Made by a program: the position numbers and the translations under genes
Shown here: piece by piece, positions 38,783 through 46,203 of the stretch
Numbering within the stretch: the stretch's first letter is position 1
Layout of the letters: every line of letters starts with the position of its first letter
The notes under the pieces: model-generated
What the model saw: the letters and a program-made list of their open reading frames with translations, nothing else
Database searches by the model: none
Told to the model about the DNA's origin: nothing
Assembly: GCA_018399535.1 (NCBI GenBank)
Contig: JAGYOR010000001.1
Location: 1 to 51,934 of the forward strand
Reading direction: 5' to 3'
From: Deltaproteobacteria bacterium
GTDB lineage: Bacteria > Desulfobacterota > Syntrophia > Syntrophales > UBA2210
Length of the DNA: 51,934 nucleotides

Positions 38783-39982
38783 TCAGGCAAGCTCCCGTCC
38801 GATGATCATATCCTGCACTTCCCGGGTTCCCTCGTAGATATCGACGATCTGGGCGTCCCGGAGGAGCTTCGATATCTCATATTCCTCCATGAAACCATAT
38901 CCGCCGTGAAGATGAAGTCCTTCGGCGGTGCAGAAGAGGGCCGCTTCGGCGGCGGCGTTCTTGGCGAACGACGCGAATATGCCGCGGTCGCCCGTTTCTT
39001 CTTCTATCTTGCAGGCGGCCTTCATGAGAATAGCCTCGGCCGTTTCGACTTTTTTCCACATGTCGACCAGGGTATTACGGGCGACGGGCATATCGCAGAT
39101 GCGCTCCCCGAACTGGCTTCGATCCCGCGTGTAGGCTATCGTCACGTCGAAAGCCCGCCGGGCCAGTCCCAGGCCGATTGCTGCCACCATGGGCCTGGCG
39201 TAATCGAGCACGTCCATGGCGTATTGAAAGCCCAGACGCCGGTTGCCGATGATCCAGTCACCGGGCACCACAACGTCTTCGAATGTTACCGTGGCGGTAT
39301 TGGAAAGCCGCTGACCGAGTTTGGTTTCCGGTTTGCCGGTGACGATGGTACCGCCGCCGGGTAGGCGGATTTCCCGACCCCCCGAGGGAAGTGTCGTTAT
39401 GTCGGCCTTCGACACGGTTTCATGGGGTATTACCAGGCAGGCCATCATCAGGCCGCCCGGTTTTCCCACCTTGCAGAAAACAGTGAACTGTGTCGCGTAG
39501 GAAGCATTCGTGATAAAACACTTTTCGCCGTTCAGAAGGTATGTGCCGTCATCTTGTTTCCTCATAAACGTCGTCATGGCGCTGTTGTCGGAACCGGCTC
39601 CCGGCTCGGTGAGGCAGAAGGACGCCAGTACGGGTTCCTCGGTGAACGGGCGCAGAAACAGTTCCCGCTGTTCGTCCGTGCCGTTCATGGCGACGACGAC
39701 GTTGGCCAGGTCGTTGCACATGGCGGAGGTGGAAAGACCTGTGTCGCCGTAGGACAGTTCCTTTACAATAAGCGCCGTCGAAACGAGGTCCATGTCGTAC
39801 CCCCGAACAGAAGCGGGAATGGAAAGATTCAGCAGGCCCAGTTCCCAGGCCTTTCGAATCAGGTCAAGGGGAAAATCGTGGTCCTTTTCACGGTCAAGAA
39901 TTCCCGGCAGGATATCCTGCCGTACAAATTTTTGTACTGTTTCAACGTACATCCGTTGGTCGTCTGAGATAGAAAGATCCAT
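38783..39982 (-). CDS. Acyl-CoA dehydrogenase-family flavoprotein (possibly acting on acyl-ACP)
   Basis: 'FCLTEPGAGSD', 'CFITNA', 'IYEGTREVQ' C-terminal catalytic-Glu block. Confidence 0.85.
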   Translation of the reverse strand: MDLSISDDQRMYVETVQKFVRQDILPGILDREKDHDFPLDLIRKAWELGLLNLSIPASVRGYDMDLVSTALIVKELSYGDTGLSTSAMCNDLANVVVAMNGTDEQRELFLRPFTEEPVLASFCLTEPGAGSDNSAMTTFMRKQDDGTYLLNGEKCFITNASYATQFTVFCKVGKPGGLMMACLVIPHETVSKADITTLPSGGREIRLPGGGTIVTGKPETKLGQRLSNTATVTFEDVVVPGDWIIGNRRLGFQYAMDVLDYARPMVAAIGLGLARRAFDVTIAYTRDRSQFGERICDMPVARNTLVDMWKKVETAEAILMKAACKIEEETGDRGIFASFAKNAAAEAALFCTAEGLHLHGGYGFMEEYEISKLLRDAQIVDIYEGTREVQDMIIGRELA

Positions 39983-40003
39983 TGTGATTGATTCCCTGAA
40001 TGT

Positions 40004-40972
40004 TTATGGTTGTTTTTCGCCCGCCCCGGCAAAGGCGCGTTGGGCGGCGCCGAATGTCGTGACCGACGCGCAGTCCACGCCCATGGTGGCGAACAGTTTT
40101 CTCAAGGGGCGGCCCGGTCCTATCTCGAAAACAAGACGGGCGCGGGACGCGATGGAGGCCATGTTGTCCGTCCAGCAAACGGTGTGCGAAAGCTGGCGCA
40201 CCAGGCCGTTTACTATCGAACCATAGGTGCCGTCGTGAAAACGTCCGGTGAAATTCGAGGTTACGGTGGCGGCGGCTTCCGGGTTCTTCACGGCTTTCAT
40301 GTTTTCCAGGACGCGGTGGAAGGGTTCCTCGATCACCTTCATGAAACGACTGTGAAAAGGTGCGCTTACTTCGAGGGGAACAAAGCGGTAGCCCTCCTTT
40401 TTTTCCAGTGTCGTCTCCAGTCGTCGGCCGGCCTCGTCCAGTCCCTCGCGCTTGCCGCTCAGGACCAGCTGATTTTCGGCATTGACGTTGGCGATATCAA
40501 CGGGCAGGTCGGCGATCAGCCGGCCCAGTTCGTCCCGGTCGATTCCCTCGCAGATGACGGCTGCCATGCCGCCCGTGCCGACAGGCGCCGCTTCCTGCAT
40601 GAGACTGCCACGGGTCCGTACTGTCTGCAGTGCCTCGGCGAAGGGCATGACGCCCGCCGCGACCAGCGCGGTGTATTCACCGAGGCTGTGCCCGCCGAAG
40701 CATTCCGGCTGGATTCCCCACCGGTCGACTATACTCCGATACATGGCGATTTCCGTTGCCAGGATACAGGGCTGGGCGTTTTCGGTGAGGTTGAGCCGGT
40801 CATTTTCCTCGAAGCACAGGGTCGTTACGTCGAACCCCAGCGCCTCGGAAGCTTCCCGGTAGGTGCTCTTCGCGACCGCGCTGCTGTCGTAGAAGTCTTT
40901 TCCCATGCCCGGTCTCTGCGATCCCTGACCGGGGAAAACAACGGCGATTGTCCGATTATTCATGACAGTCAT
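40004..40972 (-). CDS. fabD: Malonyl-CoA:ACP transacylase
   Basis: 'VFPGQGSQRPGMG', 'GHSLGEYTAL', 'VSAPFHS'. GGAGGGAG RBS. Confidence 0.9.
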   Translation of the reverse strand: MTVMNNRTIAVVFPGQGSQRPGMGKDFYDSSAVAKSTYREASEALGFDVTTLCFEENDRLNLTENAQPCILATEIAMYRSIVDRWGIQPECFGGHSLGEYTALVAAGVMPFAEALQTVRTRGSLMQEAAPVGTGGMAAVICEGIDRDELGRLIADLPVDIANVNAENQLVLSGKREGLDEAGRRLETTLEKKEGYRFVPLEVSAPFHSRFMKVIEEPFHRVLENMKAVKNPEAAATVTSNFTGRFHDGTYGSIVNGLVRQLSHTVCWTDNMASIASRARLVFEIGPGRPLRKLFATMGVDCASVTTFGAAQRAFAGAGEKQP

Positions 40973-41005
40973 CTCTCCCTCCGAGATTTATCAACCCTTA
41001 TATAC

Positions 41006-41022
41006 CAGCACGTTGCATGCCA
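41006..41022 (-). promoter_or_regulatory. Sigma-54 (-24/-12) promoter candidate for the fabD-led operon
   Basis: The minus strand reads TGGCATGcaacGTGCTg, against the consensus TGGCACG-N4-TTGCW. The GG-to-GC spacing is correct, and the element ends 34 nt upstream of the fabD-like ATG. Confidence 0.5.
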
Positions 41023-41281
41023 CCGGGAGGCGCCGCCGGCCTGTTTCGGAATACATGCGTGATTCAGAATAGTTGGGGGCTTTTGTGAACCCGGAACATG
41101 CTTTCGGGAAGGGAGCTGTCGCCCGAAAAAGTGCGTAAACTCTTTCGCACCGGAACCCCTTTTACGCAGTCTGCGGCACGCGAGTAATAAAAGATTGCAA
41201 AGGAAAGAAAAATTTTTTAAAAACCACCGATTATTAATAAAAATATGCGACATTCATTGTTCAGTCGAAAGAGAGGGCGGA

Positions 41282-42631
41282 ATGGAAAGGCTTTTCGGAA
41301 CCGATGGAATCCGCGGCGTCGCCAATGAGTATCCCATGACGGCCAACATGGCGCTGGAAATCGGGAAGGCAACGGCGCACATATTCAAGAAAGAGGGACA
41401 CCAGCCGCGAATCATCGTGGGGAAGGACACCCGCCTCTCGGGATACATGATCGAGAACGCACTCGTGTCCGGGATATGCTCGATGGGAGTGGACGCCATT
41501 CAGGTGGGTCCCATGCCGACTCCCGGGATCGCCTTTCTCACGGTGAACATGCGCGTCGACGCGGGCATCGTCATATCGGCCTCTCATAATCCCTTCCAGG
41601 ACAACGGAATCAAGATCTTTTCCGGCGACGGCTACAAGCTTCCCGACGGGAAGGAAGCCGAGATCGAAGAAATGGTCTTTGCAAACAACATGCACCGGCT
41701 TTACCCGTCGCCGAACCGGCTGGGGAAGGCGTATCGTATCGACGGCGCGCGTGACCGCTACATTGTCTTTCTAAAAAGCACCTTTCCCAAGGAGTATCTG
41801 CTCGAGGGAACAAAGGTGGTGCTTGATTGCGCCAACGGCGCCACGTACCGGGTTGGACCGGCCACGTTCTTTGAACTCGGGGCGGAGGTTGCCACGCTTT
41901 TTGACAAGCCGAACGGCGAAAACATCAATGACAATTGTGGATCGCAGCACACGGAAGCTCTCGTGGAAGAGGTGTTGCGGACGAAGGCCGACGCGGGATT
42001 CGCCTTCGACGGAGACGGCGACCGCCTCATCGCCGTGGATGAAAAGGGTTCGGTGCTGACAGGAGACCAGATTATGGCGATCTGCGCCAGGCAGATGAAG
42101 TCGCGGGGACTGCTGCGGAACAACCTGGTGGTCACCACGGTCATGAGCAACATCGGTTTCGGTATCGCCATGAAAGAACTGGGCATTGATTACGTCACCA
42201 CCAGGGTCGGCGACCGGTATGTCCTCGAGGAAATGAAAGCCCGGGACGCTTCTCTCGGAGGCGAGGACTCGGGGCACCTGATCTTTCTCAATCACCACAC
42301 AACGGGAGACGGCATTCTCTCTGCTCTTCAGCTCATGGAAGTCGTGAAACGGGAGGGGAAGCCGCTTTCGGAGCTTGCCCGCGTCATGAAAGTCTATCCC
42401 CAGAAGATCATCAACGTCGACGTTAAATCAAAACCTGAAATAACGTCGATTCCCGAGATCGCGCGCGTCATAGAAGATGTCGAGATGAAACTCGGCGACG
42501 CCGGCCGCGTGCTGGTCCGCTACTCGGGGACCCAATCCATGTGCCGCGTCATGGTGGAAGGTCCCACCGACGACGACACGGACGCGTACTGCCGGGTCAT
42601 CGCCGAGGCGGTGCGGGAAAAACTCGCCTGA
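41282..42631 (+). CDS. glmM: Phosphoglucosamine mutase
   Basis: 'MERLFGTDGIRG', 'ISASHNPFQDNGIKIF', 'FAFDGDGDR', 'GGEDSGH'. ORF-track start 41195 trimmed to the ATG at 41282. Confidence 0.93.
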   Translation: MERLFGTDGIRGVANEYPMTANMALEIGKATAHIFKKEGHQPRIIVGKDTRLSGYMIENALVSGICSMGVDAIQVGPMPTPGIAFLTVNMRVDAGIVISASHNPFQDNGIKIFSGDGYKLPDGKEAEIEEMVFANNMHRLYPSPNRLGKAYRIDGARDRYIVFLKSTFPKEYLLEGTKVVLDCANGATYRVGPATFFELGAEVATLFDKPNGENINDNCGSQHTEALVEEVLRTKADAGFAFDGDGDRLIAVDEKGSVLTGDQIMAICARQMKSRGLLRNNLVVTTVMSNIGFGIAMKELGIDYVTTRVGDRYVLEEMKARDASLGGEDSGHLIFLNHHTTGDGILSALQLMEVVKREGKPLSELARVMKVYPQKIINVDVKSKPEITSIPEIARVIEDVEMKLGDAGRVLVRYSGTQSMCRVMVEGPTDDDTDAYCRVIAEAVREKLA

Positions 42632-42642
42632 GGACTATCGTC

Positions 42643-43413
42643 ATGCTCGGGGCCGTCGCCGGCGACATAATCGGTTCGATTTACGAGGGGAATCCGATCA
42701 AGACGAAAGATTTTCCCCTGTTTAAGCCTTCCAGCCGGTTTACCGACGACTCCGTGCTCACCGCGGCCGTGGCGAAGGCCATCCTTGAAGACGGAGATTA
42801 CCGGGCATGGATCCGCGAGATCGGACGCCGTTATCCCCGCGCCGGCTACGGCGGGTCCTTTTCGAAATGGCTTAATTCGAATAATCCCGAACCCTACAAC
42901 AGCTGGGGCAACGGTGCCGCCATGCGGGTGAGCCCGGTGGGGTTCGCGTTCGGTGACAGCGAAACGGTGCTTCGCGAAGCGGCGCGCACTGCGGAAATAA
43001 CCCATAATCATCCTGAAGGCATAAAAGGCGCCCGGGCGGCGGCCCTTGTCGTCTTTCTCGCCCGTACAGGAGCGGGGAAAGAGGATATTAAGAAGGAAAT
43101 AACCGGTCGTTTCGGTTACGATCTTGACCGTACGCTGGACGCCGTCAGGCCTTCTTACAGCTTCGACATATCCTGCCAGGGTACTGTTCCCGAGGCGATC
43201 ATCGCCTTCCTCGAATCGGAATCCTATGAAGACGCTGTCAGGAACGCCGTTTCTCTCGGCGGCGACAGCGACACGCTCGCCTGCATCACCGGCGGAATCG
43301 CCGAGGCGTACTACGGGAAACTCCCCCGGGAAATAAAGGACGAGGTCGAAAAACGGCTCCCCTCTGACCTGCTTGAAATCGCGGGAAATTTCCGCGAGCG
43401 ATTCAACCTGTAG
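42643..43413 (+). CDS. ADP-ribosylglycohydrolase-family protein (short, about 256 aa)
   Basis: 'GAVAGDIIGS', 'TDDSVLT', 'WGNGAAMRVSP', 'SLGGDSDTLACITGGIAEAYYG'. The start lies 11 nt after the glmM stop. Confidence 0.8.
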   Translation: MLGAVAGDIIGSIYEGNPIKTKDFPLFKPSSRFTDDSVLTAAVAKAILEDGDYRAWIREIGRRYPRAGYGGSFSKWLNSNNPEPYNSWGNGAAMRVSPVGFAFGDSETVLREAARTAEITHNHPEGIKGARAAALVVFLARTGAGKEDIKKEITGRFGYDLDRTLDAVRPSYSFDISCQGTVPEAIIAFLESESYEDAVRNAVSLGGDSDTLACITGGIAEAYYGKLPREIKDEVEKRLPSDLLEIAGNFRERFNL

Positions 43414-43472
43414 CTGGAAGAGTAACGGTTTGTCGCGTCTCAGCGCGCGGGTATCGTGAAGCCCCGCGCCGG

Positions 43473-44456
43473 TTACCGGAGGAACAGCCGCCAGCCCGCG
43501 TATATCGAACCCGGCACGAGATCGAGTGCTCCCGAGGCCTCGGCGACGGGTGTGAACCCGCAGTCGGCGCAGTTGATTTCGCCGCGGCTCTTGACGTAGC
43601 AGCCCCGGGTGACGGTGCCGTCCGGATCGACGTTGACGAGAAGATCATCATGGCAGCGCCAGTCGTTCAGAACCATGGCACGCAGCCTGCCCGAGGAATT
43701 CATGACGGGGAATCCTCTCTTTTTTAATTCAAGCAGTTTATCCACCGCTTCCCGCCTTTGCCGTAAAGACAGGGAAAGATCCTCTTCGCCCTGGCTGTAA
43801 GGGTAAAAGAACTGAAACGTTATACCCTTGACCGTCGGCAATTTGCGGCACCATTCGGCCAGACCTTCCAGGTCATGGATGTTCCGCCGGTTCACCGTGC
43901 AGTGAATATAAATATTCCGGTGTTGCGCCTGTTCGAGATTCGCGGCTACACGGTTAAAGGATCCGCTTCGAAGTTCGTCGTGGGTTTTTTTCAGCCCGTC
44001 GACGCTGACCCAGATCGTATGCGCGGGGACGTCCAGCGGCAGTGTGCCGTTGGTGGTCACGGCCACGCGGAGGAACCGCCTCCGGGCTTCACCCACGAGG
44101 TCGTGAATACGGAAGGACCCGTCGCGCCAGAGGAGCGGCTCTCCTCCCTCGAAGACCACGATCCGGGTTCCCAGGCGCTGCAGGGTATTCATTGCTTCCA
44201 GCGCCGTGGTCATGTTCATGGATGCATCCGCCCGTCCCTGGAGATGGTGAAAGGGACAGGCACGGCAGGCCAGGTTGCACCGGTAGGTTACCTTGAAGCT
44301 TGCCAGCAGGGGGACGGGACGCCGCCCGATCTTCCGGTGCAGGTAGAACAGGAATAAATCAACCGGCCAGGGGAGTGTCATACGCCTCGTAGTGTCCTCG
44401 GTTACCATGGAATCGTAAGCGAATCGGGTATCAGTTTTCGTCGTCGGCGCCGTCAT
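43473..44456 (-). CDS. Radical SAM enzyme with a C-terminal 4-Cys auxiliary motif
   Basis: 'TYRCNLACRACPF' CX3CX2C, 'VVFEGGEPLL', C-terminal 'C..(17)..C..(10)..CADC'. Alternative in-frame starts at 44408 and 44381 would remove the 26-nt overlap with rmuC. Confidence 0.8.
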   Translation of the reverse strand: MTAPTTKTDTRFAYDSMVTEDTTRRMTLPWPVDLFLFYLHRKIGRRPVPLLASFKVTYRCNLACRACPFHHLQGRADASMNMTTALEAMNTLQRLGTRIVVFEGGEPLLWRDGSFRIHDLVGEARRRFLRVAVTTNGTLPLDVPAHTIWVSVDGLKKTHDELRSGSFNRVAANLEQAQHRNIYIHCTVNRRNIHDLEGLAEWCRKLPTVKGITFQFFYPYSQGEEDLSLSLRQRREAVDKLLELKKRGFPVMNSSGRLRAMVLNDWRCHDDLLVNVDPDGTVTRGCYVKSRGEINCADCGFTPVAEASGALDLVPGSIYAGWRLFLR

Positions 44457-45753
44457 CGGAAGTCACATCCACGGCAAGAACGTCCGGCGTTTCTTCGGCG
44501 GGCAGTTGTTCCACGTCCTTGAGCTTACGGCCGATGACCCTGGTTCGTTTCTGTGCCTCTTCGATGGTGTTTGACGCTTCGCCGAGTTTTTTGTGCACCT
44601 TGGCAAGGATGACGCCGTACTTGCTCCATTCCGTCTTTATCGCCGAAAGGAGTTTCCAGACCTCGCTTGAACGTTTTTCGATGGCCAGCGTACGGAATCC
44701 CATCTGCAGGCTGTTGAGAATGGACCAGAGCGTGGTCGGGCCCGCTATGACCACCCGGTACCTGCGCTGAATCGTCTCGGATAGTCCGGTCCGGCGGAGC
44801 ACTTCGGCGAAAAGACCTTCCGTGGGCAGAAAAAGGATGGCGAAGTCGGTAGTCAGGGGAGGATTGAGATACTTGTTGCTGATGTCGGCGGCACACTGCC
44901 TGATCCGTGTTTCAAGCTGGCGCGCCGCCGCCTCCGTCCCCTCGGCGTCGGCCTTTTCCTGCGCCTCGAGAAGCCTCTGATAATCTTCCAGGGGGAACTT
45001 GGCGTCTATGGGCAGCCACAGAGGGGTGCCGTCATCGCCCCTGCCGGGGAACCGGACCGCGTATTCCACCCGTTCGCCGCCGTCTTTCGTGGCCACGTTC
45101 GCGTCGTACTGATCCGGGGTCAGGACCTGTTCAAGCATGGCCCCGAGCTGGACTTCGCCCCAGGTGCCCCTGGTTTTCACGTTGGTGAGCATGCGTTTCA
45201 GGTCGCCGACGCCGGAGGCAAGGTTCTGCATTTCTCCCAGTCCGCGGTAGACCTGTTCCAGACGATCGCTGACCTGGCGGAACGATTCTCCCAGCCGTTT
45301 TTCCAGTGTTCCCTGGAGTTTCTCGTCCACCGTGACGCGCATCTGCTCGAGTCTGAGCGCGTTGTCGTCCTGGAGCGCCTTGAGCCGTTCTTCAACCGCC
45401 GATTTCAGGCCGTCAAGCTTCTGCTGGTTCGATTCCGTGAGGGTTGCCAGGCGCTCCGAGAAAGAATCCATTTGTTTCTGTTGCGTTTCCGACATTCCGG
45501 CCATGTTCCTGATAACGGAATCGTTGACGGTTCGGAGGGAGGTGCTCACCTCTTCGCGGATGAACCGGTCGTTCCGGGCCGCCTCTTCGCGATTCCTGGC
45601 TATTTCCTCCCGGACGGCGCGTTCCGTTCGTTCAGACGCCTTATCCATGTCTTCGCGGGTTCCGGATGATTTCATCCGGCGAATGACGACGGCCTGCAGA
45701 ACGGCAAGCAGGATCAGAAGCACGCCGGCGGCTATGGCAAACGGTTCGTACAT
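44431..45753 (-). CDS. rmuC: DNA recombination protein RmuC
   Basis: N-terminal TM, a long coiled coil, 'TRGTWGEVQL', and the C-terminal nuclease-like region 'FAILFLPTEGLFAE'. Confidence 0.85.
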   Translation of the reverse strand: MYEPFAIAAGVLLILLAVLQAVVIRRMKSSGTREDMDKASERTERAVREEIARNREEAARNDRFIREEVSTSLRTVNDSVIRNMAGMSETQQKQMDSFSERLATLTESNQQKLDGLKSAVEERLKALQDDNALRLEQMRVTVDEKLQGTLEKRLGESFRQVSDRLEQVYRGLGEMQNLASGVGDLKRMLTNVKTRGTWGEVQLGAMLEQVLTPDQYDANVATKDGGERVEYAVRFPGRGDDGTPLWLPIDAKFPLEDYQRLLEAQEKADAEGTEAAARQLETRIRQCAADISNKYLNPPLTTDFAILFLPTEGLFAEVLRRTGLSETIQRRYRVVIAGPTTLWSILNSLQMGFRTLAIEKRSSEVWKLLSAIKTEWSKYGVILAKVHKKLGEASNTIEEAQKRTRVIGRKLKDVEQLPAEETPDVLAVDVTSDDGADDEN

Positions 45754-46035
45754 GAACGGTTCCTTCCGTTATTTCGGGGCCGCTCTCGCGGCCCGCGCAG
45801 CGAGTCTTTCACGTTTTACGCCTTCCGTGAAACGCGGCGGCGACCGGGAAAGTGATGAGAGAAGAATATGCCATCTGTCCGTCGCGGTCAAATGGTAATG
45901 AGGAGTAATGAGAGGTTCGAATGACGCGGGCGGGACGGGAGTGGACGGGGTCGCGACGGGAACGTGCTCGAGAAAAACGTCCGACCTTCATGCCGGCGGT
46001 GATTGAAGGGGAAACAGGTTTTTTGAAACAGGGGC

Positions 46036-46065
46036 TTGACTGGGAGTCGCCGAATTACCTATAGA
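46036..46065 (+). promoter_or_regulatory. Candidate sigma-70 promoter (TTGACT-18 nt-TATAGA)
   Basis: ttgactgggagtcgccgaattacctataga, about 140 nt upstream of the kinase ATG. Confidence 0.3.
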
Positions 46066-46203
46066 GAACCAATGATTAATAACGCGACAGTATCGCAGGA
46101 CGGAAGGCGCTTCACGGTTCGCGACGGAGTGCAGCCTCTTTTCCCCCATGATTTCAAACATCCGGCCGGGCGTTCTCCCGGCGCCTGGTTCCGGTAAGCG
46201 GCC

